From the IMG/VR virus record IMGVR_UViG_3300025684_000015, positions 33,887 through 97,886 of that record: a DNA stretch of 64,000 bases. One strand, written 5' to 3'. Below are positions 8,765 to 18,602 of the stretch, piece after piece. The stretch comes from a virus. Made by a program: the position numbers and the translations under genes. The notes beneath the pieces were generated by a model, which saw nothing but the letters and a program-made list of their open reading frames with translations, did no database searches and was not told where the DNA came from. Numbering within the stretch: position 1 is the first letter of the stretch; the number at the start of each line of letters is the position of its first letter.

Positions 8765-9718
8765 TTACTCTCCGAAAATTTCTCTGTATCCTGGCTCTAA
8801 TAGTTTTCTATTAGCAATATACGCATTCTTTAATCCTTGCGAATTAAGTGCTGCTTTATCTATATTTATCATTCTTTTTTCGCGTTCTGCCTTAGCTTTT
8901 TCACTTTGTACGGCTTTTGCTAAATTAATTTCATACCATTTTACAATTTCTGGATCAGTACCTTTTGCTAAAAGGGCACCGACTGTAGACATTTGTAAAA
9001 TTCCTGGATATGTTTCATTAACAGCTTCAGTATTAGGCAATGCTGGTAGTCTTCCATTAGACATTACCGCAATATACTTAATATCACCACTATTATAGAA
9101 CGCAACTGTTGGTGGCATACCACCTACCCAAATATCAACTTCACCAGCGGCTACGTCTTTAATAGCTTCTGCTGATTTTCTATATTTTACAAAGTTGACT
9201 TTATCTTTTGAGATACCTTCAGCTTCTAAAATAAGATTTGTTGCAACAATCTGATTAGGGAATGTTGTTGTGATATTTAGTGGTTTATTTGAAGTGCGAA
9301 TCCATTCAACCAATGCGGCTAATGAATTAATAGGTGTGTCGTGCTTTACGGCGATCACAATACTAGAAGTGATCAAGCCAGAAGTAAATTCGAAATCATT
9401 CGCCCAATCGTAATCAACCAACTCTGGGTTGGTGACTTCACCCATTACATGACTAATGCTTGTAGTCAAAAGCACGTGATGGCCATCTGCTGGGTAAGAT
9501 TTAAGAAAATGTTTTGTTCCGATAATACCAGCGGCACCTGGTTTAAACTCATAGATTACTTCAACACCAAGTGCTTCTTCAATTGACATAAAGCCAGTTG
9601 CATGAAGAGATGTTGGAGAAGAAGGAACCGTAACGGTAATAGGACCTGTTGGTTCCCATGCATACACAGTCGTGTTTGCTAGCACAGCAATAACGAAAGT
9701 CATAATATATTTTAACAT
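8765..9718 (-). CDS. tctC: Tripartite tricarboxylate transporter substrate-binding protein (TctC/Bug)
   Basis: Signal peptide, WEPTGPITVTVP, E.KPGAAG.IG, RLPALPN. Confidence 0.85.
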   Translation of the reverse strand: MLKYIMTFVIAVLANTTVYAWEPTGPITVTVPSSPTSLHATGFMSIEEALGVEVIYEFKPGAAGIIGTKHFLKSYPADGHHVLLTTSISHVMGEVTNPELVDYDWANDFEFTSGLITSSIVIAVKHDTPINSLAALVEWIRTSNKPLNITTTFPNQIVATNLILEAEGISKDKVNFVKYRKSAEAIKDVAAGEVDIWVGGMPPTVAFYNSGDIKYIAVMSNGRLPALPNTEAVNETYPGILQMSTVGALLAKGTDPEIVKWYEINLAKAVQSEKAKAEREKRMINIDKAALNSQGLKNAYIANRKLLEPGYREIFGE

Positions 9719-9763
9719 AATATTTTTTTTTCCTTTTAATGGGATTTATTTGATTTATACGAT

Positions 9764-9771
9764 TATTTATA
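9764..9771 (-). promoter_or_regulatory. T4-type late promoter TATAAATA
   Basis: Exact motif in intergenic gap upstream of tctC. Confidence 0.7.
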
Positions 9772-9774
9772 TTT

Positions 9775-10500
9775 TTACTTATTTGTCATTGAGCACAATT
9801 TAAGAACATTCTCCCAAGTCTTAGGAACGTTAACAACCAAATGAATTGATCCATCTTCCCAAGAATGAGTTCTATGCGTTTTCATTGTATCAACGTAATA
9901 AGCCCGACCAGGAATAATATCCTGTTTTTGGCCAGATTGACTCCATTCAAAAGAATCACTATCACATGCTTTCGATAAGAAAGCTACGATACGAATAGTT
10001 TTTCTAGTAATAAGTGGATAGTCTTTATGCGGTGGGAAATACCCACCCGCATTTACTTTAACTAAGAAAGTTCTACCAAGTTTGTCAAATGGTTCCAACA
10101 ACTCATGGAGAGAAGTTAGAGCATGATATACGTCTGTCTTATGGTTGAAGTCTTGGTCAAGTAAAAACTCGTTTCCAGTCTTAATTCTAGATTGTGGGAT
10201 AGAAAGATTTTCCGAATGAGAACTTCCTTCTAATCCAACTAGAACAAGACCTTCTCTATTATTTGGTGCCCATGCTTTTTTCAAGTATGGTTCCCAATCG
10301 TTATCAAATAACGATAATTCTTTATTTAATTGATCTAAATTAATTCTTGGTTTTAATAGTTCGAATTCACCCATTGCTTGCAATTGTAGCTCGCACATAA
10401 GATCTTCTTGCGTGGGTGTAAACTTTTCTGGCTTACGAGAATACTTCTCAAACCAGTTACCAGTATTTTCACCATCACCTTTATTTTTGATTTCTGTCAT
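9775..10500 (-). CDS. Aspartyl/asparaginyl beta-hydroxylase-like 2OG-Fe(II) oxygenase
   Basis: GGYFPPHKD...PGRAYYVDT.KTH...HLVVNV. Confidence 0.65.
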   Translation of the reverse strand: MTEIKNKGDGENTGNWFEKYSRKPEKFTPTQEDLMCELQLQAMGEFELLKPRINLDQLNKELSLFDNDWEPYLKKAWAPNNREGLVLVGLEGSSHSENLSIPQSRIKTGNEFLLDQDFNHKTDVYHALTSLHELLEPFDKLGRTFLVKVNAGGYFPPHKDYPLITRKTIRIVAFLSKACDSDSFEWSQSGQKQDIIPGRAYYVDTMKTHRTHSWEDGSIHLVVNVPKTWENVLKLCSMTNK

Positions 10501-10532
10501 CGTAATCCCAATTCATCGCAAATAAAATTGAT

Positions 10533-11954
10533 CTAAACATTCTTTTTCATCCTGTACATATTAGCTGATATGATTGCCAATATACATAACCATATTCCTA
10601 TTGCTATATTACTATGTATAAAGATAGAAAAGTCCCCTTGAGAAATACTAAGAGATCTTCTAAAATATTCTTCAAGCATTGGACCTAGAATTAATCCTAA
10701 AATAAATGGGACAACATTAATATCTAATTTCATAAACAGATAACCGAGAGCAATAAAAGCACAAAGAATAATTAAATCATTTGAGTTATTATTTACTCCA
10801 TACGTTCCAATAAAACAAACAGAAATAATAATAGGATATAATATTGTGTATGGTATTTTAATTAAGCTTACCCATATTTTAATCAACGGATAATTTAAAA
10901 TAAGAAGAATAATATTTCCAAAGAAAATACTGTAAACTAAAGACCAAAATAAATCAGGATGGTTTTGAATTACTAATGGACCAGGAACAATTCCAAATAC
11001 AATCATGGCACCAAGAATCAAAGTCATTGCCATATTTTCTGGTAATCCAAGACTTAATAAAGGAATAAGACTGCCTTGAGCAGCAGCATTATTTGCAGCT
11101 TCTGGAGCAGCAACTCCTTCTATAACTCCGGTGCCTAAATTTTTATTAATATTTTTTTCAACAGTATAAGCAGCATATGTTGCTCCTGTTAGTCCACCAC
11201 CTGGAATAATACCAAGAAACCCACCAATAAGAGTTCCTCTCAATGCTGCGGGAACAAATTGTTTTAAATCTTCTTTTGTTGGAAGAATTGCTAAATTTTT
11301 AGTCTGTACAATAGACATAGTATTTAATGATAAATTTCGAAATACTTCGGCGAATGCAACCATTCCAATTGCAGCTGCAACAAAACTTATTCCATCATAT
11401 AGATCATCAATATTGAATACAAATCTTTCAAGTCCACTATTTAAATCAACACCAACAGTTCCTGTCAATATACCAACCATAACTGCCGCTAATCCAGTTA
11501 AAAGATTATCACTTAGAATAGATGTAACACCAACAAATGCTAAACATAATAATGCAGTATATTCAGCTGGACCAAATTTAAAAGCAAGGTCAGCTAATGG
11601 TGGAGAAATAATTGCCATAGCAATTACCATAATAATACCAGCAATAAAGGAAGAAATAGCTGATACCATAATGGCTTTTCCAGCTAATCCTTTCTTTGCT
11701 AATTTATGACCATCAATACAAGTCATAATAGCACTATTTTCGCCTGGTGTATTTAATAGAATCGCTGTAGTAGATCCACCATATTGAGATCCATAATAGA
11801 TTCCAGCTAACATAATAATACCAGAAATAGGATCCATTCCAAAAGTAATTGGCAATAATAATGCAATTGTTGTTGATGGACCGAGGCCAGGTAATACACC
11901 AACGGCAGTGCCAGCAAGACATCCAATTAATAAAAATATTAATTGCTCTACCAT
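10533..11954 (-). CDS. tctA: Tripartite tricarboxylate transporter permease TctA
   Basis: G.LPGLG, YGSQYGGS..AILLN.PG, GVAAPEAANNA; multi-TM. Confidence 0.95.
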   Translation of the reverse strand: MVEQLIFLLIGCLAGTAVGVLPGLGPSTTIALLLPITFGMDPISGIIMLAGIYYGSQYGGSTTAILLNTPGENSAIMTCIDGHKLAKKGLAGKAIMVSAISSFIAGIIMVIAMAIISPPLADLAFKFGPAEYTALLCLAFVGVTSILSDNLLTGLAAVMVGILTGTVGVDLNSGLERFVFNIDDLYDGISFVAAAIGMVAFAEVFRNLSLNTMSIVQTKNLAILPTKEDLKQFVPAALRGTLIGGFLGIIPGGGLTGATYAAYTVEKNINKNLGTGVIEGVAAPEAANNAAAQGSLIPLLSLGLPENMAMTLILGAMIVFGIVPGPLVIQNHPDLFWSLVYSIFFGNIILLILNYPLIKIWVSLIKIPYTILYPIIISVCFIGTYGVNNNSNDLIILCAFIALGYLFMKLDINVVPFILGLILGPMLEEYFRRSLSISQGDFSIFIHSNIAIGIWLCILAIISANMYRMKKNV

Positions 11955-12364
11955 AATGGTAATGCTTTAAGTACTGTGAGTTTTAATATAATTGCTAAGA
12001 CCGAAGAAACGGCTGTTGAGATAATACATGATTTCCATGTAAAGTCTTTATGAAGAGTTGAAACTAACGGAACTAAAACCACAATAGAAGCTAAAATACC
12101 AAAATACTTAAACGCAAGAATTCCTAAAAATACAGCACCCAGCATTTTAATAAGTACAAATATTTCTAAATGTAATACTTCATTATCATTTTGTGATCGA
12201 AATGCGTATACTGTTGAAATAATAATTAAAATAATAGAAATAATAAATGGGTACATTCCTGGACCCATATTTGCAAGTGTTCCTAATTGCATATTAGATG
12301 ACATAATTAAAAATATAAATCCAATCATAAAAAGTAATATAGAAGTATATTGTTTTTTAGTCAT
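11948..12364 (-). CDS. tctB: Tripartite tricarboxylate transporter small permease TctB
   Basis: Four TM helices, MGPG.YP motif, C-terminal LP, adjacent to tctA. Confidence 0.85.
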   Translation of the reverse strand: MTKKQYTSILLFMIGFIFLIMSSNMQLGTLANMGPGMYPFIISIILIIISTVYAFRSQNDNEVLHLEIFVLIKMLGAVFLGILAFKYFGILASIVVLVPLVSTLHKDFTWKSCIISTAVSSVLAIILKLTVLKALPLW

Positions 12365-13383
12365 TATTCATATCCACAAAAATCATTATCTTCAACATAG
12401 TATTGTTTAATAAACTCTGTATCAAATGGTTTATAAAAGGATTGTAAAGAATTTGATTCAGATACAATCATATCAGGTTTATTTGTAAAGAATAATTTAC
12501 CCATAGACTGCCATTTTCTTTTGTAAATATGATAGTCTTTATCCTTTGTATAATTATATATTAGATCTTTATAGAGTGATTTATCTGGAGATTTATTTAA
12601 GATTGACCATCTTTGAATATCGTGAGAAGAGTAAAATGTGTCAAATTCTTTATGATAACCCAATCTAGGCTTATATTTTTCTTTAGCGTTTAACCATCTA
12701 AAATTGAAATTAAACCACCAACTAAAATCTTCAATAGTATCAATTGGCCGTGGAGAACTTTTACCAGTTTTTAACATAGCATTGATAAATGCTTCAGCCG
12801 CAATTTTATCAAATCCCAACTCAGCACAAACATTATATAGATTAGTTTTTGTTGCTGGTTTAGTAGTCCAAGATTTATCAATTCGTGAAAGCATCATGCC
12901 ACTAATAATTTGATCTGCATGTTCTGCTTGAATAGTAATACCATCATTATCTTCAGATAAATGTTTTTCAATTGATAAAAGTTTAAAGTTTGGTAAAATA
13001 TAAGTGTAATAAAATTTAGGATTCTCTTTTATAGAGTCACGATTCATTACAATTGTTATTTGATCTAAATTAATATTAGACTTAAGAAATGATATAACCA
13101 TTAAGGTTGAATCAATTCCGCCACTCCATTGTAAATATAAATGTTTACCTGTATCAACTAATTCTAAACAACGACTTTGTAATACATCTTCAAATGTTCC
13201 AACAGCTTTAACTGTAGGAATTTTATATTCTTCTGGCATATATTGCTTTAATGGTGTTACTAATGTTTCTGTTCTATCTGACATCCAACTAAAACGCATA
13301 ATTTTGCGCATAGCTCTTTCGTATAATACCATATCAGGAGTATCTAGAGCACGTAATAATATTGTTGAAGCATGTAGAATCAA
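12364..13383 (-). CDS. PP-loop ATP pyrophosphatase (asparagine-synthetase/ANH-like), paralog B
   Basis: WSGGIDST PP-loop; HADQI; shares DF.WW..FN and Q.WS..N with paralog A. Confidence 0.7.
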   Translation of the reverse strand: MILHASTILLRALDTPDMVLYERAMRKIMRFSWMSDRTETLVTPLKQYMPEEYKIPTVKAVGTFEDVLQSRCLELVDTGKHLYLQWSGGIDSTLMVISFLKSNINLDQITIVMNRDSIKENPKFYYTYILPNFKLLSIEKHLSEDNDGITIQAEHADQIISGMMLSRIDKSWTTKPATKTNLYNVCAELGFDKIAAEAFINAMLKTGKSSPRPIDTIEDFSWWFNFNFRWLNAKEKYKPRLGYHKEFDTFYSSHDIQRWSILNKSPDKSLYKDLIYNYTKDKDYHIYKRKWQSMGKLFFTNKPDMIVSESNSLQSFYKPFDTEFIKQYYVEDNDFCGYE

Positions 13384-13988
13384 TTGACGTATACCATATT
13401 ATCAATTAGACGTTTTAGTTTTGGTAATTCTTGCTGACTACTAATGTCATTTACTTTTTGAATTAATTTATAAACTGAACCATCAATTTTAGCTTTACCA
13501 TAAAAATAAGAATCATTTTCCATATCAATAAATTTTTTAGCCAATTCAAAAGATAATCCTGCTTGACTTGCAAAACATTCTATCATTTTATCATTATATA
13601 AAATATAGCGATCAGTATATCTACTCATAAATTTTTCGGCCATATCATCTATTAAAATAAGACATTCTTTTTTTATATTTAATATCTTTTTTGTCTTTTT
13701 AAATCTTATTGTTTTATGAGATACTAGTAAATCTACTTTTTGAATTTGATAGAATTCATCGATATCACTAGGTTTGGCGACAGAACCTTCACCAGGTCTT
13801 ACCATTCCTACGTTTTGTTGTAGTAAAATTTGATCTATATTTGGATTAAAAGTTGATGTTGTTCGTACTCGCATTACACTTGTATTTAATGCGTACTCAC
13901 AAAGTTTATTTGCTATATCATAATTAGAAGCTTCGCAGTAGATCAGGTGTTCTTCCTGATCTACCACAAAGATATATGTATTAATCAT
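13380..13988 (-). CDS. Hypothetical partner of PP-loop protein B
   Basis: ATGA-coupled to PP-loop gene; N-terminus resembles 17940-18575. Confidence 0.6.
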   Translation of the reverse strand: MINTYIFVVDQEEHLIYCEASNYDIANKLCEYALNTSVMRVRTTSTFNPNIDQILLQQNVGMVRPGEGSVAKPSDIDEFYQIQKVDLLVSHKTIRFKKTKKILNIKKECLILIDDMAEKFMSRYTDRYILYNDKMIECFASQAGLSFELAKKFIDMENDSYFYGKAKIDGSVYKLIQKVNDISSQQELPKLKRLIDNMVYVN

Positions 13989-14779
13989 TTTTTGCGAATT
14001 CTAAAAGTAACTACTTTGCGATCAGCTTCTGCAAAAATTGAAGCTGGTCTAGTTGTGTGTAATCTACGAGAATCATAACAAATAATACGACCTGGCTTAG
14101 GACTTACTACTTTACAAGTATCGCCCCAGTCAATTGGAAAACCTCGTTGTTGGCCACCTTTTTGATATCTTTGGTCGTCACCAGTTTCTGTATGATTGCT
14201 GGTGTAGAACATATTATCCGCAAACCATGTTGGATACCATACAGGGTTAGCAACATACATACATGTATATGTACGGTCATTCGATTCATCGGGTTGATCT
14301 CGATGAATTCCATGAGTATGCTTATAGTGTTCATTTGGCTGAGCCGCGGCGTACACTCTCCAACCCTGATCCATATTGGGATCTAATGTTGGTGGTGCAG
14401 TGTATTTATCTTTTATATACTCATCTGGAGAATTTTCTGCTACTGTGCCTTCGGGCTTACCAGCAATTTCAAATTCACCATCAAATTGCATATTGATACA
14501 TTGCCACAATTTATAAATTGGATCATGAGCTTTTAGACTTTCTTCGTCAGAAGCAAAATGAGCTCTTGGCATGAATAAATGGCGGGGCTCTTCCAGCCGC
14601 TTGGGGTAATCATTGGCTTTCCATTTACCAGGAACATATTCATGAATTTCATGAAAGTTGCTAGTTTTCTGCCTTTTCCAAGCGGCTGTCCAAGTTTGTT
14701 CTAATAGGTATTCCCATACTGAATGTCTAAGATCAGCTGGAACAGCGTCATCGACAACTCTTACTTCATAATCAATCAT
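13985..14779 (-). CDS. 2OG-Fe(II) oxygenase (prolyl-hydroxylase-like)
   Basis: IHRD...SPKPGRII.YDSR.LH..RP...RKVVTFR. Confidence 0.8.
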   Translation of the reverse strand: MIDYEVRVVDDAVPADLRHSVWEYLLEQTWTAAWKRQKTSNFHEIHEYVPGKWKANDYPKRLEEPRHLFMPRAHFASDEESLKAHDPIYKLWQCINMQFDGEFEIAGKPEGTVAENSPDEYIKDKYTAPPTLDPNMDQGWRVYAAAQPNEHYKHTHGIHRDQPDESNDRTYTCMYVANPVWYPTWFADNMFYTSNHTETGDDQRYQKGGQQRGFPIDWGDTCKVVSPKPGRIICYDSRRLHTTRPASIFAEADRKVVTFRIRKK

Positions 14780-14807
14780 TCAAATCACATCCTATTTTTA
14801 TTTTAGC

Positions 14808-15749
14808 TTAAGACTTTTGAATTTTCTCAATGATATTATCACTGAAAACATTCATGTACTTTGTGTACAGATGAGCAGTAGCTGCTTTGAACTTAGCAGT
14901 TTCTGATTCAGCCATCTTAACAATTTTAATGCCTTGGGTCTTACATTGATCTACGATACCATCGATAGAAGCAACTGATTCACGACGCTCTAAACGAGCA
15001 GCATTCAATGCAGCGTCTTTCAACACGGCTTGAGTCTTTTCATCTAGACCAGCGTAGAATTCTTTACCAACAATAATTGAGGTAAGGAAAAGTGAATGTG
15101 CAGTGTCATTAACTGTACCAAATGCTTCACCCTGCTTAAGAGGAAGAATACGTACATATGTAGACTCACCACCATCAATAACACCATTTGCATGTGCTTC
15201 ATTCATTTCTTCAAGTTCAACTGAATCAACAACATTTGCGCCTAGAGCTTTAAATGTGTCTACAGCAACAGGAGACTTAGAAGTACGAATGCTCATACCT
15301 TCAAAAGCAGCGACGGTATCTAATTCTTTTTCAGACGGGATAACACGGTATCCACCTGAATATGTAAAGGCCAAACCTTGTACAGGTGATTTTGCCTTAA
15401 GTCCATCCAATAGAGACTGGCCGATAGAGCCTTCTAGAACTTTATCTGCATGGTCATGATCGCGGAACAAGAAAGGCATGTCAAGTGCATACATATCTTT
15501 ATTCCAATCACCAAGCCATGTAGTATACATCTGCGATGCTTCTACAACGCCATCTTCCATTAACTGGAGAAGATCTTGTTTAGTGACTTTTTCGCCACCA
15601 TTATACTTATTTGAGTACTCAGTCAAAGAAAGAATTTCGATGTCTAAAGCACCATTTGTTTGCTCAAGTACTTGCGCTTTGAATCTTTCTGCAGCGCGCA
15701 GAAACAAATCAATAGGCTCATGAGCAATAACCCAACGAATGGTTTTCAT
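14808..15749 (-). CDS. dctP: TRAP solute-binding protein DctP, no signal peptide
   Basis: MPFLFRDHDHA.KVLEG, GGYR, G.SIRT, FKALGA, GVIDGGE. Confidence 0.85.
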   Translation of the reverse strand: MKTIRWVIAHEPIDLFLRAAERFKAQVLEQTNGALDIEILSLTEYSNKYNGGEKVTKQDLLQLMEDGVVEASQMYTTWLGDWNKDMYALDMPFLFRDHDHADKVLEGSIGQSLLDGLKAKSPVQGLAFTYSGGYRVIPSEKELDTVAAFEGMSIRTSKSPVAVDTFKALGANVVDSVELEEMNEAHANGVIDGGESTYVRILPLKQGEAFGTVNDTAHSLFLTSIIVGKEFYAGLDEKTQAVLKDAALNAARLERRESVASIDGIVDQCKTQGIKIVKMAESETAKFKAATAHLYTKYMNVFSDNIIEKIQKS

Positions 15750-15801
15750 TGTTAAACTCCTAATGTTAACACGTGTTTACGTTTTGGTTTGCAACCAACT
15801 T

Positions 15802-15809
15802 TATTTATA
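15802..15809 (-). promoter_or_regulatory. T4-type late promoter TATAAATA
   Basis: Exact motif upstream of dctP (AGGAG RBS follows). Confidence 0.7.
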
Positions 15810-15813
15810 TGTT

Positions 15814-16743
15814 TTATTTCTTAATATTGTCGTTATGCTTAATTAAAAGCTTTTCAACGATCGCAATATTTTCTAAATAGAATGCACCAATATCTTTACC
15901 ATCAAATACCGGTGAATTCATGTCTGATAGTCCAAATACTTTATCTTTACCAAGATTTTTTGTAGCAGCATTTAATACATATCCAAGCTTCAATCTTTTT
16001 AGTGTTGGCATTTCTGAAGAAGCAACAGTAATATTAAATACTTGTGGAGCAGATACTCCCTGTTCAGCTAATGTTGCTACTTCTGGAAGAAGTGGATGGC
16101 GGGAAGTACACGAAGCCGCGGCGGCTTGAATATTTGGATTTTTAGTTTTCATTTGGATATAGTTTTTAGCTTTTTCTACTACCATATTGACTGATCCATC
16201 TCCTGCCATTAACACCAATCCTTCATAATTAGATTTAAAAATTACGTAATTGATTTCGGTTTTAGCTGCTTCACCAATTTGGAGAGATGTCAAATGCGTA
16301 GCATTACCAATACCTACACCACCAACGGTCATGACATCTTTACCAGCATTTCGCATAGCCTCAATTGAATCTCCTAGATTCGAAATTACAATCCAGCATG
16401 CAGATCCTAAAGCATGAATAGGAACATATTTTTCACGATCTAATTTACCAGATCTAGTATGTTCTACATATTTTGGTGCGATAATAGATAATCTATTTTG
16501 TGGAGATGCATCCATTTGTTTTACAGCAATAATTTGCTGACCACCTGGTTTATTTTCAAGATGAAATTGAAATTGATCTTGAATCTTATTAGCTTCTTCG
16601 ACAATTGCTAAATACGCGGGTGTTCCGCCATGAGACGCTGAATACGGACTTTGAATATAGATGTCTTCTTTTGCAAAAGCGTGTGTAGACCCTAGTGTAA
16701 ACGCAACTGTCGCGCTAACCATTAAAGTTTTTAAGTTTTTCAT
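15814..16743 (-). CDS. tctC: TctC/Bug-like periplasmic binding protein (divergent)
   Basis: Signal peptide (AFA), ENKPGG, G.GNATHL, RHPLLPEVATLAEQG. Confidence 0.8.
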   Translation of the reverse strand: MKNLKTLMVSATVAFTLGSTHAFAKEDIYIQSPYSASHGGTPAYLAIVEEANKIQDQFQFHLENKPGGQQIIAVKQMDASPQNRLSIIAPKYVEHTRSGKLDREKYVPIHALGSACWIVISNLGDSIEAMRNAGKDVMTVGGVGIGNATHLTSLQIGEAAKTEINYVIFKSNYEGLVLMAGDGSVNMVVEKAKNYIQMKTKNPNIQAAAASCTSRHPLLPEVATLAEQGVSAPQVFNITVASSEMPTLKRLKLGYVLNAATKNLGKDKVFGLSDMNSPVFDGKDIGAFYLENIAIVEKLLIKHNDNIKK

Positions 16744-17980
16744 AAAAATACTCTTCTATTCCTTCGTTGTTAAAATATTTCATTTGATAATTTTCATCTA
16801 AACCAAACATATTATCTAGTTCATCGTTTATCGCAATTCGATGCCGATTCACAATGATTTGTTTAGATGGTATTTTCATTTTGTACCAATAGTACCAATC
16901 ATTGGCATCTAAACTATGTATATAGTCTTTAGCTGCCATTTTATAACGACCCTGTGTTGTGCCTAAGATTTTTTGGCCGTTATTATTATTTACCATAGAC
17001 CATAATTGAAAGTCTACAGCGTTAAACCAATTAATTTGTTTTTCGTATATTTTACTACGATCAACACCTGTTGATTGAATGCTTCCAGCCCTTAGCGCAC
17101 AATGCATATATTTTGGATTAAAGATAATCCACCAAAAGAAATCATGTAAGGTAGTTACTTTGCACTTTGCTGTTTCAATATTTCTAACCATTTTGTTATA
17201 ATACATTTCGCCAAATGCTTTATCAAGAGATGATTTTTCGGTATTAGAATATTTAAAATATCTACCATCTAAACAAAGATTAAAATACTTAATAATTGCT
17301 TGTTTATATTCGCTATAATGAACTTCTGGGTTGTCAATATTATCTTTTAACGCATATGCTTCTTTTGTATAATCAAAATAATAAGGAATTGACGGATATA
17401 ATTTAGTACCTAATTCAGTACCAAATAGAGCATCACCTTGATCACCTACAATAACTGTATAGTTTTGTTCCACAACAGTACGTCTCATATCAAATTCTTT
17501 ACTGTTATGAATCTTAAGTTTATCTTTAATAAATCTATTATAGAAGAATTCATTCTCAATAATTGAGTCAAAACTCATTGAAATTGTAATATTATCTAAT
17601 TGTTTATCTGTAAGATTTTTAATTAATGCCGCAACAATTGCTGTTGAATCTATACCACCAGAATATAGAATAAGAAATTGTTCATCTGTATTATCAATTC
17701 TTTTTGCGATATTTAAAGCTGTTTCATCACTAATTTGCGCAAATGATTTATTAAAGTCTTTTGATAAATCTGGCATATCATAACCAGGCGGTAATACCAA
17801 ATCATCACCCCATGGAGTATCCCACTCTCCATCTCTTGGAGAATATGAATTATACCCAAATGCTAATGAGATATTATAAAAAAACTTAGCTCCATCGTTT
17901 TGAAAGTTATATTTTTTCATAACTTTACGATGGTAAAATTTAAAAGGTGTATAATGTATTAGAAAAAAACGGTTTTGCAT
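16715..17980 (-). CDS. PP-loop ATP pyrophosphatase (asparagine-synthetase/ANH-like), paralog A
   Basis: YSGGIDST and GDQGDALFG motifs of the AS-B synthetase domain; no glutaminase domain; start uncertain. Confidence 0.75.
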   Translation of the reverse strand: MQNRFFLIHYTPFKFYHRKVMKKYNFQNDGAKFFYNISLAFGYNSYSPRDGEWDTPWGDDLVLPPGYDMPDLSKDFNKSFAQISDETALNIAKRIDNTDEQFLILYSGGIDSTAIVAALIKNLTDKQLDNITISMSFDSIIENEFFYNRFIKDKLKIHNSKEFDMRRTVVEQNYTVIVGDQGDALFGTELGTKLYPSIPYYFDYTKEAYALKDNIDNPEVHYSEYKQAIIKYFNLCLDGRYFKYSNTEKSSLDKAFGEMYYNKMVRNIETAKCKVTTLHDFFWWIIFNPKYMHCALRAGSIQSTGVDRSKIYEKQINWFNAVDFQLWSMVNNNNGQKILGTTQGRYKMAAKDYIHSLDANDWYYWYKMKIPSKQIIVNRHRIAINDELDNMFGLDENYQMKYFNNEGIEEYFYEKLKNFNG

Positions 17981-18575
17981 ATCGACTCAAATTCTCATAA
18001 AATTTTCTTTTTCGTAGGTTGCTTGTTTTAGATTTACTAAAGGCAACCATGATGTTGTCATATAATTCGTCAACATCTTTTGAATAATAAATTAGCTCGT
18101 AAATTGCTTCTTTAAATCCATTCTCAAAGTCTTTGTGACCACCATCAGATGCATGATAACCCATATCTTTATATGTTTCAATTCCCTTTGAATCTACAAA
18201 AGAAAAAATAGATTCGTACGATGATGGAAGTTCCATTTCAGTTTTTATAGTAGATTTTATAATTACAAACGTCATGCGAATATAATCTAAATGAGACTCA
18301 AAGATGTCTTGTGGAGTGTTCTGCTGAGGACCCAAATCTACATAAGAATCTTGTGGTTTAATTACTAGATATGGATATGGAGAAGACTGGCGGTATCCCT
18401 TTGGGTTACCTAGTGTCCAATTAGTACATACGCTATTATCAATTTCAGGCAATGTGACTGGAATTATGTTACACAATATTTTAGAGGTAAGTACTGTGGC
18501 TGTCTCGTATAGAGAGTGTACATCTTGATCGATAATTAAAAATCGTTCAATAGTATTTGAATATAATCCATGCAT
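17940..18575 (-). CDS. Hypothetical partner of PP-loop protein A
   Basis: Adjoins/overlaps PP-loop gene; FLIIDQDVHSLY resembles FVVDQEEHLIY of 13380-13988. Confidence 0.6.
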   Translation of the reverse strand: MHGLYSNTIERFLIIDQDVHSLYETATVLTSKILCNIIPVTLPEIDNSVCTNWTLGNPKGYRQSSPYPYLVIKPQDSYVDLGPQQNTPQDIFESHLDYIRMTFVIIKSTIKTEMELPSSYESIFSFVDSKGIETYKDMGYHASDGGHKDFENGFKEAIYELIYYSKDVDELYDNIMVAFSKSKTSNLRKRKFYENLSRYAKPFFSNTLYTF

Positions 18576-18602
18576 AATATAATATAACCTAAACGTGATT
18601 AA

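Noticed and set aside
12364-17980. Lasso-peptide cluster or QueC (7-deazaguanine) pathway for the PP-loop genes
   Set aside because: No recognisable B peptidase, RRE or precursor; no QueC zinc-Cys motif, and no folE, queD, queE or dpdA in the window
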